Shown here in pieces: positions 44,658 through 54,219 of a stretch of DNA of 64,000 bases. The stretch is taken from the IMG/VR virus record IMGVR_UViG_3300027708_000013. One strand, 5' to 3'. The notes under the pieces were generated by a model. It was not told where the DNA came from, did not search any database, and worked only from the letters and a program-made list of their open reading frames with translations. The position numbers and the translations under genes are program-made. How positions within the stretch are numbered: the first letter of the stretch is position 1; each line of letters begins with the position of its first letter. Origin of the DNA: a virus. Lineage: Duplodnaviria > Caudoviricetes.

Positions 44658-45303
44658 AAAGATAAGATATATTTAAATTGACTTCGAATTCTGCCTCGTA
44701 AAATCTTTTTACCGGAATAGAATTCCATATGTTGGGGTCATATAAAAAACTATTTGCAAATTGCCATCTATCTAAATGGGTTTTAGTTGCTAAATTGCCT
44801 ATTAGTTTTTTAAACATTAATGTATTTTCAACTACTTCAGCGAATTCAATATTTTTAATATTATCTGCTACTACCGGTAAAAAAGACTTAAGATAATTTT
44901 TAGCGGTTTCTCGCTCTTTGTCGATTCGATCTAGTCCAGTAACACTGGTCCATGGTGTAGATTTATTATAATAGTGGTAATATGCTCTAGCCCAACGATA
45001 AATCTTGCTTTTAAAAGTAGTAGTAGTAATTGCAATTATTTGAGTAAACTTTGAAAAATCTAATAGATTAGGGTGGCAATGGGTTGCCACCCAATCGGTT
45101 TCTTTAAGATCATAAGAACCTATTTTTTTATATAGTAAATTAGGATCATATACGTTAAATATATCATCACTATCTCCGATTTTCCCAATTGAATGATTAA
45201 TTGATGCTATACCCCCATTTGCACTTAATCCAGAAAATGTTTGTTGCATGATATCGCACAGTAATCCTCCGCATGTATAGTGGGGGAAACAAATTAAATT
45301 CAT
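44650..45303 (-). CDS. hypothetical protein, possibly sulfotransferase-like P-loop (AT-rich insert)
   Basis: N-terminal ICFPHYTCGGLL loosely resembles a PAPS-binding loop. Confidence 0.35.
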   Translation of the reverse strand: MNLICFPHYTCGGLLCDIMQQTFSGLSANGGIASINHSIGKIGDSDDIFNVYDPNLLYKKIGSYDLKETDWVATHCHPNLLDFSKFTQIIAITTTTFKSKIYRWARAYYHYYNKSTPWTSVTGLDRIDKERETAKNYLKSFLPVVADNIKNIEFAEVVENTLMFKKLIGNLATKTHLDRWQFANSFLYDPNIWNSIPVKRFYEAEFEVNLNISYLYE

Positions 45304-46742
45304 TCTGCTTTACTCTTCAATCCAGCCAGCATGCTTTTGAGTCTGCTGCTGTCCACTGTGGCCGAGGGCGGCGGGCTAGCATCCTTGTCAATGCTAAATC
45401 CCGACTTGGCTTTAACATCAAATTGATTAACTGTGGTGGTGGTTTTGATCTGATCCATAATTGAGGTCATTCTGGGTGGGCCACCGGCACCTGTATAACT
45501 TTCTTGGCCTTCTTCACCGGGGTCGGTGATACGCATGGTTTCTATGTTGTATTCTAAATCAATTTTATGTCCAACTCCGGTTGAGCTACGCGATTTCATA
45601 CACTGAATTTGATAACGCCCACGCTCTTTCATGGCTCTGCTGGTAAAAATACCAAACACATTGTCTGCGGTGTTGATCTTTGAAATACCGCCTGCGATAT
45701 GACTGTGATCAAACTCTATCTCTTCCACTGCACTTCTGTTCAGTTGCGATGCTGTTACAAACAACACATTGAGTTCTTTGGCTAGGTTACGCAATTCTTC
45801 CGCCACATACTTGTCTTTGATAAACTGGTCATTGGGATTGACCTTGACCGATACCGGCATCACCAAGTCCAAGTAGTCACACATGACAAAGTCCACACGG
45901 TTTCCGGTTTGTATTTGATACTCTTTGATGAAACTGCGAATGTCATTCACTGTGCTCTGTGCCGGCAGTGCCTTGATTCTATAGGCTCCGGCTTTTTTGC
46001 CCACCATTTTAACTTTGAGTGTGGTGGTGTCTATGTCCTTGCGTATGTCTTTTGTACCTGTGCTGGTCAACATGGCATCGGTTCTCAAGGCACACAGTTC
46101 TTCTGACAGTTCTAAACTGACGTACACCCCCGATAGTCCGGCCTGTAACCACGACAGTGCTATGTTCATCATGACAAGACTTTTACCCGAACCTGACCCT
46201 CCGGCAAATATGTTTAGCTCACCTCTGCTCATGCCACCGTATAAAATCTTATCCATGGTGGGCCAGCCGGTTGACACTTGTCCGCCTGAGTTGTAGTATC
46301 TATCAATACGTGACTTGGGATCTAAAAAATAGTCTGTGCCCAAGTCTTTAGTCAAACTTATTTGCACGGCGTCTTTGATCAATTTCTCCACAGGATCGTA
46401 GTCGCCTTTTTCCAGCAGGTCTGCTGATTTTAAAATGGCACGTTCCAGTTCCATGCGTCTAGTGAAACTTTCAAATTCAGTCATGAACCAGTCGTGATGT
46501 CCGGCCACTGTGTCGGGTACTGGCTTGAGTTCTACTCCGGTCACTGCATGAATCTGTTCAAGTGTGGGCAATGTTTTATAATCGTTACTGTGTGTTCGAA
46601 CGAACTCGGCCACTGCACGTAGGCTTCTATCAAAGTTTTCTGGATTATATATGTTTTGTACTCTGACGTAACTCTGTGCATCAGTCAACATCATTTCCAA
46701 AAACAATCGTTGTATCTCGGGGCTGTATTCTTTTGTTGTCAT
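45300..46742 (-). CDS. gp41: replicative DNA helicase (T4 gp41/DnaB family)
   Basis: STGWPTMD, Walker A AGGSGSGKS, VSLELSE, Walker B CDYLDL, TASQLNR, CMKSRS. Confidence 0.92.
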   Translation of the reverse strand: MTTKEYSPEIQRLFLEMMLTDAQSYVRVQNIYNPENFDRSLRAVAEFVRTHSNDYKTLPTLEQIHAVTGVELKPVPDTVAGHHDWFMTEFESFTRRMELERAILKSADLLEKGDYDPVEKLIKDAVQISLTKDLGTDYFLDPKSRIDRYYNSGGQVSTGWPTMDKILYGGMSRGELNIFAGGSGSGKSLVMMNIALSWLQAGLSGVYVSLELSEELCALRTDAMLTSTGTKDIRKDIDTTTLKVKMVGKKAGAYRIKALPAQSTVNDIRSFIKEYQIQTGNRVDFVMCDYLDLVMPVSVKVNPNDQFIKDKYVAEELRNLAKELNVLFVTASQLNRSAVEEIEFDHSHIAGGISKINTADNVFGIFTSRAMKERGRYQIQCMKSRSSTGVGHKIDLEYNIETMRITDPGEEGQESYTGAGGPPRMTSIMDQIKTTTTVNQFDVKAKSGFSIDKDASPPPSATVDSSRLKSMLAGLKSKAE

Positions 46743-46746
46743 ATCG

Positions 46747-47778
46747 TTAATTATATAATCTTTTCTTTAGTAATTCAATTTTTAATCTACTGGTTTGTTT
46801 GCCTGCTAATATTGATTTCAATACAAATAATTTGCCATACTGTTGTACTGCTGCACCCACATCTTTGCATTCGCGTTGCCATTCGGGATAGCTCACTGCC
46901 CATCCGTACTCCAATGCAGCATCAATCAGTCGGGCACCGGCTCTATCGGCATCGGGCACTACTATAACTTCACGTGCTAGGCCATCAATGATGTCGGCCT
47001 GTTGCTCACTGACTTCGTTGCCCAACACTGCAACGCCATCTATGGCCATGGCATCAAACGGTCCTTCACACACTATGACAAACTTACTCCCAGGCAGTTG
47101 ACCATCAACATTGAACACATAGCCGGGTTCATGACTGTTGTGGTATTTGGGCCTGACATCATCTGAGGTAGCACGGGCAGTGTAACCAATGACCTCGTTT
47201 TGCCACGTAAACGGAATTACAACACGACGATGCAGATTGTTGTGTGTAGCCGGAGTCCACATCAAGTCGTATTTAATCAAGTCAATTCGTCTAGTGGCAC
47301 TGTATATCACAGCCGCATGAAACTCCGTTGGCACATCAGAATCTTTCAGTGTGTACCACGATTCCCAGGCTGTGAAGTTCTGTGCAGATTCTGGCAAGGG
47401 TCTTGGCTTAAAGTTGATGGCCTCGGCCGATTCCACCTCCACCAGTTGTTCGGGTGCTGTCAATTCTCTAATACGTATGGCTTCGATTACCAAGCGTTTT
47501 ACTGTGTTTTCATCAGCACCCAACCATGTTAATAATTTTCTAAACTTGTAAGTTAAATGCCGACCGGGTTGGTAAGATGCTCGAAAATTGCAGTTGAAAC
47601 AGGAATAACTCACAGCACCATCGGGATTGACAATGACTCCACCACGACCACGTGTGTCGGCACTTTCACCCGAATGTGGGCAACAAACAGCATTGAATGA
47701 CGTCCATCCGGTGGTGCTGTTGGTTCTCCGCCGTGCTGGTAATAGTTGTGTTAGGGCGAGTACAATAGAATTTGACAT
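46747..47778 (-). CDS. gp61: DNA primase (T4 gp61 family)
   Basis: Zn ribbon CCPH...CFNC, GYTAR, TOPRIM VCEGPFDAM, VPDADRAG, KDV. Confidence 0.88.
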   Translation of the reverse strand: MSNSIVLALTQLLPARRRTNSTTGWTSFNAVCCPHSGESADTRGRGGVIVNPDGAVSYSCFNCNFRASYQPGRHLTYKFRKLLTWLGADENTVKRLVIEAIRIRELTAPEQLVEVESAEAINFKPRPLPESAQNFTAWESWYTLKDSDVPTEFHAAVIYSATRRIDLIKYDLMWTPATHNNLHRRVVIPFTWQNEVIGYTARATSDDVRPKYHNSHEPGYVFNVDGQLPGSKFVIVCEGPFDAMAIDGVAVLGNEVSEQQADIIDGLAREVIVVPDADRAGARLIDAALEYGWAVSYPEWQRECKDVGAAVQQYGKLFVLKSILAGKQTSRLKIELLKKRLYN

Positions 47779-47786
47779 TGTGTTAC

Positions 47787-47815
47787 AGTATATACGACTG
47801 CTGTCACAATGTCAA
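47787..47815 (-). promoter_or_regulatory. sigma70-type promoter TTGACA-N17-TATACT (primase/helicase operon)
   Basis: Near-perfect consensus. Confidence 0.8.
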
Positions 47816-47846
47816 AAGGTTTGATAACAATGCCGATGTTATTGGA

Positions 47847-48539
47847 TTATAACGGAACTTCTTCCCATAACAGTGATGTAGTAGCTGAGTGAGCAACAGG
47901 AGTAGCAGTTGCCATCAAGCACAACACAGCGTTGGGCGGAACAATGATGTGTCCGTCAAAGTTTTCTACAAAACCCATTAATGATGGTTGTATACCAACA
48001 GCAGTACCAGTAAATGTTACGTTGAGTGGTTGACCGCCGCCTAATGAAGAACCAAATGCCACTGCCAAAGTACCAGTTAAACCAGTTAGTGCTGTATTAA
48101 GTGGAACATAACGACCCTGTGCACCAGAAGCTGTAAGAGTTTTCATGTTATATGGCTGAGCACCAGTTGAGATTGGACCTGCCAGAGCCGATACCATCCA
48201 AACATAGGGGCCAGCACCAGTGGCTGTCAATGCACTCAGTGTCACTGCCAATGTGGCCTGTAACAACACACAGTTCACAGTGGAACCCGATGGGTTATAT
48301 AAAGTAGCCAGTGGAGTTGCAGTGGCACCAGTTGTGGCTGAGGTAAAAGTTGCCGCGTTGATTGCAGTTGTTGTTGTACCGCCTTTGTACAAACTACCAC
48401 GATATGCTTGTTCGTAAAATCTGCCGTGTAGTTCACTGACAATTAAGTCACCCAATTGTCCTGCTCTAGCAGGTGCTTGTAAACCTGCAGAAATACTTGT
48501 TGTGGTAGCGATTGGACCTACCTGGTTTTGAATTAACAT
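47847..48539 (-). CDS. putative virion structural protein
   Basis: TATAAATA at 48591-48598, SD AAGGAG, A/T/G-rich. Confidence 0.55.
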   Translation of the reverse strand: MLIQNQVGPIATTTSISAGLQAPARAGQLGDLIVSELHGRFYEQAYRGSLYKGGTTTTAINAATFTSATTGATATPLATLYNPSGSTVNCVLLQATLAVTLSALTATGAGPYVWMVSALAGPISTGAQPYNMKTLTASGAQGRYVPLNTALTGLTGTLAVAFGSSLGGGQPLNVTFTGTAVGIQPSLMGFVENFDGHIIVPPNAVLCLMATATPVAHSATTSLLWEEVPL

Positions 48540-48621
48540 CTTTTAAATCTCCTTAAATTTTTAGTGTAATTGACTTACGACTCTTAACTGTATTTATACA
48601 TTTGGTATTTTATCAAATGGT

Positions 48622-49992
48622 TTACTGCTGTTGACCAAACAATGATGCATCATTACGCATGTCTTTGGGTTCATCGCCCAGCTGTGTGTTCTGTACCGGT
48701 ACAGCAGTGGCGGAGCCATTGAATGCCGCCTGTTGTATTCTTGGCAATTCAAATATCTGTTGGTTCATGATTTTTAATTCTTGCAAGATCAGTGCCAATA
48801 TTTCAATCTGTGACTGTCCTTCATATTGGCTAGTGTCTTGCACAGTTAACGCAACTTGATTGTTGTAACCGGTGGCACTAATTGGAGCATTACCTGTTGT
48901 TGCAGAGCTTATTGCGGCGTTACTGGTTGGTATTGTTCTGTTGGCTATGATCAAGTCGCCCAACATGGTGGATGACAGTCGTCTTGCGGCACCTGCGGGG
49001 TCTATGCCGCCTGTGATCAAAGGGAAACTTGTTGCCGGCGGAGCAGAACCTACTGCAACGTTACCACCAACTGAGAGTACACCAACGGTATCTGTTGCTA
49101 ATTTACGAGCTAACCCTCCTGAATCAGCCCCACCAACAATCAACGGTACGTTGGTTGTTGTGGCACCGTGAGCAACTGGAGCAACACCACCGATTGCAAC
49201 CAAATTTTGACCTGTCAGTTGTGCGGCTGCATTTCTTAATACATAGGTAAATTGACCACCGGCAGTGGCAGTGATTCTGGCAAATCTAGCCAAAACAGGA
49301 ATTGTATAAGTTGTATTCGCAGCCAATGTCGTAGAGTAAGCACCCGATGCAGTCAACATTGGTGTGTTTGAACCAAAAGTCAAATTCGCACCGTCATTGG
49401 AAAATGCAACGCCTGCCGTAGCAGTAAAAGTAGCATTGGTTGACAAGTGTATGGTTTGATAGCCGGTGGTATCAATAATGTTGACACTACCAGCTTGTGC
49501 CAGAACTGTCACCGGCTGTGGTGCATCCGATAATATAAATGCACCTGATAAATCTTGTTTGATACCTGAGTTTTGTGCTTGTAGTTTGACGTTCAATGGT
49601 GAGTTGTTTGATTCGTCCATGGCCAATGAAACACGGTCGACAGGATTACTTGACAAATAATTATTACCTAAAATCAATAGTGTTGCGGTACCAGAAATAT
49701 TTGTTACGTTATAACGAATATAACGACTATCAGCTTTAACTAGATAAACACCATCAACTTCAATTTGTGATTTTGATCCTAAACTGGCCAATTCTGTGAC
49801 AAAAGTTGGCGTCCAATACACGCCATCCAAAGAATTTTCAACCGTTATGATACCAGAAAATGTATTACCAGAAACTTGCCATACACTTTGAACGTAACCT
49901 GTAGTATCAATTGCAGAACCTGCACCAGTAGCGGATAATGTTCCGTTGAATAAAACACTATTATCCGGGTATTGTTGTCCGATATAACTCAT
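48622..49992 (-). CDS. putative tail fibre / structural protein
   Basis: Beta-rich T/A/G/N composition, in the fibre operon. Confidence 0.55.
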   Translation of the reverse strand: MSYIGQQYPDNSVLFNGTLSATGAGSAIDTTGYVQSVWQVSGNTFSGIITVENSLDGVYWTPTFVTELASLGSKSQIEVDGVYLVKADSRYIRYNVTNISGTATLLILGNNYLSSNPVDRVSLAMDESNNSPLNVKLQAQNSGIKQDLSGAFILSDAPQPVTVLAQAGSVNIIDTTGYQTIHLSTNATFTATAGVAFSNDGANLTFGSNTPMLTASGAYSTTLAANTTYTIPVLARFARITATAGGQFTYVLRNAAAQLTGQNLVAIGGVAPVAHGATTTNVPLIVGGADSGGLARKLATDTVGVLSVGGNVAVGSAPPATSFPLITGGIDPAGAARRLSSTMLGDLIIANRTIPTSNAAISSATTGNAPISATGYNNQVALTVQDTSQYEGQSQIEILALILQELKIMNQQIFELPRIQQAAFNGSATAVPVQNTQLGDEPKDMRNDASLFGQQQ

Positions 49993-50309
49993 TAGGTCAC
50001 CTCAATTACAGAAACAATAACATCCACACTTTGTGAACTGCTGACAGCAATCAAATTGTTGGCGGCCACTATGAATCTGTTGGCATCCACTATGTTGATC
50101 GTAGTGCCGGGAAATATGTTTACCGTGCTGACAATGTTGGCTCTTGTGGCTCCTGAGTACATGGCTATGTTGGCAATGGCTGTGTTTGCTGTGTTATTGG
50201 CCACTGTAAATCCAATCACAGTGGCCTGTATGCCGGTGGCAGTGGGATTGTACACAGTGGTATTACCTGTTATATTTGAAGCAAGATAGTTGGTGTAATT
50301 TATGGCCAT
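49992..50309 (-). CDS. small tail-fibre-associated protein
   Basis: N/T/A/V-rich 105 aa; CATAAATA at 50316-50323. Confidence 0.55.
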   Translation of the reverse strand: MAINYTNYLASNITGNTTVYNPTATGIQATVIGFTVANNTANTAIANIAMYSGATRANIVSTVNIFPGTTINIVDANRFIVAANNLIAVSSSQSVDVIVSVIEVT

Positions 50310-50318
50310 ATAGAGTAT

Positions 50319-52757
50319 TTATGCAATCAGAGCTTGTGCTAGAATGATGCGTTGTATGTCGGTTGCTGTTTGACTGACACCAAATGGCACAGTAAATTTA
50401 GCTGTGACAGCGGCATTTCCAGCTGAAACATTACCGGTATATGTGGGTAAAAACTGTGCAACTTGAGTGTTACCATAACTGCCGGCACCAACTGTTGATA
50501 AAATATTGACACCATTGGCAAACAGGTAGTTGGGTGCAACAACATTGCCTGACACAGTGGCATTGCCACCAACTGCATTCAACGTCAGTAATGTGGTGTC
50601 AAAGTATGTGTTTCGTGTTCCGTAAATGGCCAAGTTGTTGACATCAACTGCTGCTATTTTGTACAGAGTATTACTGGCACCTGAGTAGGTTAAAACAACA
50701 GGACCTTGGGTGGTTATGGTTCCATCACTTTGTACAGCAGGTGCTTGCAACACGCCACCGGTGGTTAAATTGGCTGTGTATGCCCCACTGGCCAATGTAC
50801 TGAATGACAGCGGTGCTCCATTGGCAAAGCGATAATTATTGGTAATGACATTGCCAGCAGTGACGTTGCCCGAGTACCCAGACAAATAAGCAGCCACATT
50901 GCCATTGCCATAACTGTTGCTAGTAGTGACAAATGTAGTGTTGGCATAGGTGTAAAAGCTACCCACGTTGGCACTGAGTGACTGTATTGAGCTGTTGGCG
51001 CCGGTGATCTGACCTTGTAATCCCGCCACATTGGCATTGGCATAAGTGTAGTATGATCCAATGTTGGCACTGAGTGACTGTATTGAGCTGTTGGCACCAA
51101 CAATCTGACCTTGTAATCCCGCCACATTGGCATTGGCATAAGTGTAGTAACTGCCAATATTGGCACTTGTTGCTTGTATCAACCCCTGCTGCGTGGCTGC
51201 ATTGGCCTGCCATGCTATATTGGCACCGATAATTTGACCTTGTAAACCTGCCACATTGGCATTGGCATAGATGTAGTAACTGCCTATATTGGCATTGAGT
51301 GATTGTATTGCGGCATTGGCCCCAGTGACATTGTTATTGGCATAGGTATTGGCTGCAATAATCTTAAGATCTAAATTAACTAGTTCGGTGGCCTGAGCTC
51401 CAGCATTGGCAGTCCACGCTGTGGTCACTGTCGTGATTTGTGTGTCAACATAGCCCTTCATTGCTGTGTTGGCTGTGACAATTTGATTTGCTAAACTGCT
51501 TACATTGGCAAGTAAGTCAACTCCCTGTACCACAACTGTGTTGGCCACTGTGACTGTGCCAGAAACACCCACACCACCAGCCACTGTCAAAGCGCCTGAT
51601 GTGGCACTGGTGCTGGCAGTGTTAGATTGAATCTGAACCACATTGCCAGCAGTAATTCTCATTACTTCACGGGACGCAGTGGCAAATACAATGTCAGTGA
51701 ATGTTGTTGTAACTAATACTAAATTTCCACTACCAGTTACCGAATTTCCGGACACGTTGATAAAAGCATCATTCCGACCAAGAAGACTATAGCCAGGATA
51801 GCTAAAATTACTGCTGCCAATGCCCATGGCAATATAGGTATCCAACAGACTTCCGTTGTTGGGGAGAATACTAAGTACACTGCTGGCCTGGCTACCGGAA
51901 TTGATATTTTGCATGGTCATTCCGCTGTACCCATTGAAGTTGGTGGCCACTTGGAATGCCATTTGTGGTTCATTGAGATATCCTGTACCTATGCCAGCAT
52001 ACAAGGCACCAAATCCGCTGGCATTGCCAAAGAACTGTCCCGAATTTCCTGTAACTGTTTGATTGGTTACATTACCGATAAAATTAATATTTCCGGTTAC
52101 TGTTAAGTTACCGTTGATTGTGGCGTCACCGGCTGTGGCCAATGAGTTGAGTACACCAAGTTGATTGATATTGGGTTGAGTGGCTGTGGTGATGGTACCT
52201 GAAATTGATCCCGCATAACTAGGCAGGTATGTTGCTACATTGGCGTTACTGTAGACTTGAGTCTGTAAGGTGGCGATGGCTGAGTTGGATGCTAGTATGC
52301 TGTTGTTGATACTGGTCAATATGTTGACGCCGTTGGCATAGAGATGGCGATTTGCGAGCACATTACCGGCAGTGATGTTGCCTGAATAAGTAGGCAAGTA
52401 ACTGGCTACATCAACATTGCTGTAGTTACTGCTGACAAATGGAGCACCATTGGCATAAAAATAATTGTTGGTAAAAATATTACCTGTACGTGTGTTCCCG
52501 GCAGTGATGTTGCCCGAATATGTGGGCAAGTATGCCGCCACGTTGGCATTGCCGTAAGTACTGCCACCGACTATTGCGTTGGCCTGTGCTGCTGTGGCCA
52601 TCAAGCGTCCACCAGGAGTTACACCATCCTGCAGTCGCAATGTGCCTAATCCGGTGTCCAGTACCGCTTCGCCTAAAGGTCCTATATAGGTTTGGGCAAG
52701 AGCAGTATTACCACGTTTGAATAGTACTTGGGTTACTTGTACATTGGCAACAGTCAT
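50319..52757 (-). CDS. long tail fibre-like protein with internal repeats
   Basis: QVLFKRGN...YIGPLGEAVLDT...LQDGVTPGG N-terminus; five Y.N..VA.YLP.Y.GN motifs; 32-aa repeats. Confidence 0.7.
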   Translation of the reverse strand: MTVANVQVTQVLFKRGNTALAQTYIGPLGEAVLDTGLGTLRLQDGVTPGGRLMATAAQANAIVGGSTYGNANVAAYLPTYSGNITAGNTRTGNIFTNNYFYANGAPFVSSNYSNVDVASYLPTYSGNITAGNVLANRHLYANGVNILTSINNSILASNSAIATLQTQVYSNANVATYLPSYAGSISGTITTATQPNINQLGVLNSLATAGDATINGNLTVTGNINFIGNVTNQTVTGNSGQFFGNASGFGALYAGIGTGYLNEPQMAFQVATNFNGYSGMTMQNINSGSQASSVLSILPNNGSLLDTYIAMGIGSSNFSYPGYSLLGRNDAFINVSGNSVTGSGNLVLVTTTFTDIVFATASREVMRITAGNVVQIQSNTASTSATSGALTVAGGVGVSGTVTVANTVVVQGVDLLANVSSLANQIVTANTAMKGYVDTQITTVTTAWTANAGAQATELVNLDLKIIAANTYANNNVTGANAAIQSLNANIGSYYIYANANVAGLQGQIIGANIAWQANAATQQGLIQATSANIGSYYTYANANVAGLQGQIVGANSSIQSLSANIGSYYTYANANVAGLQGQITGANSSIQSLSANVGSFYTYANTTFVTTSNSYGNGNVAAYLSGYSGNVTAGNVITNNYRFANGAPLSFSTLASGAYTANLTTGGVLQAPAVQSDGTITTQGPVVLTYSGASNTLYKIAAVDVNNLAIYGTRNTYFDTTLLTLNAVGGNATVSGNVVAPNYLFANGVNILSTVGAGSYGNTQVAQFLPTYTGNVSAGNAAVTAKFTVPFGVSQTATDIQRIILAQALIA
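50950..51320 (-). repeat. about four copies of a 96-bp (32-aa) unit GANSSIQSLSANIGSYYTYANANVAGLQGQI
   Basis: ttggcactgagtgactgtattgagctgttggc occurs at 50968 and 51064 (96-bp period). Confidence 0.9.
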
Positions 52758-53251
52758 TAGATGTATCCACCATCAACCACACTTTGATCAATGCCCGGAG
52801 CAGGTTGTGTGTTGCTCCAATAAGCTGGCATTATTTGTAAATCTAAAGGAACTCCGTAATTGTCATCCACGTACAGTGGCAGTTCGGAGTTGTCTGACGT
52901 CTTGGTAACCTTAAAAGTCAACTTGTAAAATCTCTGTTCCAAGTCATCAATTACCACCTTGGTAAACGTAAATGTTCCTTGGCCCTTGGTTATGTCACTG
53001 AAAGTCACAGGGTAAGTTGTAACTGTTAACTGATTAACAGGGTCTTGTATTTGTGCTTCCACAGTGTATCCAGTTAGATTCACTGCTTTTTGATCTTGGT
53101 TTTTAATTACAATCTGCACTGGGTTATCTATACCTTGATAGACTTTAACGGCTCTTGAGTACACTCGGCGATTCCTTGTAGTAAATATAGTGGGGTCGAA
53201 AATCTGGACCTCCACCACGATAGAATATAAATATGTTTTGATAGTGATCAT
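52757..53251 (-). CDS. BppU-like baseplate/fibre-attachment protein
   Basis: VYQGIDNPVQIVIKNQDQKAVNLTGY motif; CTAAATA at 53272-53278. Confidence 0.55.
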   Translation of the reverse strand: MITIKTYLYSIVVEVQIFDPTIFTTRNRRVYSRAVKVYQGIDNPVQIVIKNQDQKAVNLTGYTVEAQIQDPVNQLTVTTYPVTFSDITKGQGTFTFTKVVIDDLEQRFYKLTFKVTKTSDNSELPLYVDDNYGVPLDLQIMPAYWSNTQPAPGIDQSVVDGGYI

Positions 53252-53253
53252 TC

Positions 53254-53658
53254 ATGATTGCCTTTATAACATATTTAGCGAGAAACGTGGAAGAAATTAA
53301 ACAACTACTAGATCAGTACCCTTATCTTACCCTACTGACCTATGGTGGTGTTGAATATGTAGGCATTGTGCAAAACAGTGATGAACAGATCACTACAATC
53401 TATGATTTTTCAGCACTGAAAACCACAGAACAAAAAGTAAAATTCCTAGAATTGGGAGATGTTTGGTGGTGGGAAAGCAACAGAATTATTCCCATCAATG
53501 TGTTTTTAAAACAGGATTGGACAGAGTTTAAAGCAGTGGTAAAAACAATGAACAGCAAAGATGTTGTGATACAAATTGGACCGCAGGTGAGTTTAAAAGA
53601 AATGAGCCAACGTCGCAGCAAACGCCGATCAATTACCCTAGTCAGGCGTGTTGGCTAG
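53254..53658 (+). CDS. conserved hypothetical protein
   Basis: ORF track; TATAAATA at 53226-53233 on the plus strand. Confidence 0.7.
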   Translation: MIAFITYLARNVEEIKQLLDQYPYLTLLTYGGVEYVGIVQNSDEQITTIYDFSALKTTEQKVKFLELGDVWWWESNRIIPINVFLKQDWTEFKAVVKTMNSKDVVIQIGPQVSLKEMSQRRSKRRSITLVRRVG

Positions 53659-54219
53659 CAAGTTCATATGTACCACGACTAAATGGCTGTAAGCACACGA
53701 GTGAGCTTTTTTAAACGCATACTCGCCATCCGCAGATTTTTCCCAAATAGTTGTTGCAACTTCGCGCCAAGGTAATCCTATTAAATGTCGCTTGGCCGGA
53801 CGTATTATGGCCATAAACATCATCAATCTTGGTATACTATCAACTGCTTCGGGCATTTTGATTAGTGTTTCGTAGTGGTTACCAATGTGTATAAGTTGAC
53901 TACAAAACTCTGGATCGTATAATCTACTCCAGTCGGGCTCTTGTGACATCAACTGTTGTAAGTGAGCTTCATCTTTTATCTGCGTATATAATGACACGTT
54001 GAGAAAGTCCAGTTTGACATAACCCAATTCTTCTGCAGATTTGTAATCAAGACTGGCAGTGCCGGTAAACGGATCGGTGGGAATTGCAGTCACATATACA
54101 CCTGTGTTGTGACGTATCAATCCACCATCACGAACTATACCCGCAGGGTGATGCTCCAGCACTGCCAGTGCCCGAGATCTATCGGGGAAATCTATGTCAA
54201 TGTCTGAACGAAATTTCAT
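53638..54219 (-). CDS. miniature DNA polymerase III alpha (DnaE) catalytic-core homologue, 193 aa
   Basis: SDIDIDF, RHNTGVYV, GYVKLDFL, AIIRPA, FKKAHSCAY; ATGA-coupled start at 54219. Confidence 0.75.
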   Translation of the reverse strand: MKFRSDIDIDFPDRSRALAVLEHHPAGIVRDGGLIRHNTGVYVTAIPTDPFTGTASLDYKSAEELGYVKLDFLNVSLYTQIKDEAHLQQLMSQEPDWSRLYDPEFCSQLIHIGNHYETLIKMPEAVDSIPRLMMFMAIIRPAKRHLIGLPWREVATTIWEKSADGEYAFKKAHSCAYSHLVVVHMNLLANTPD

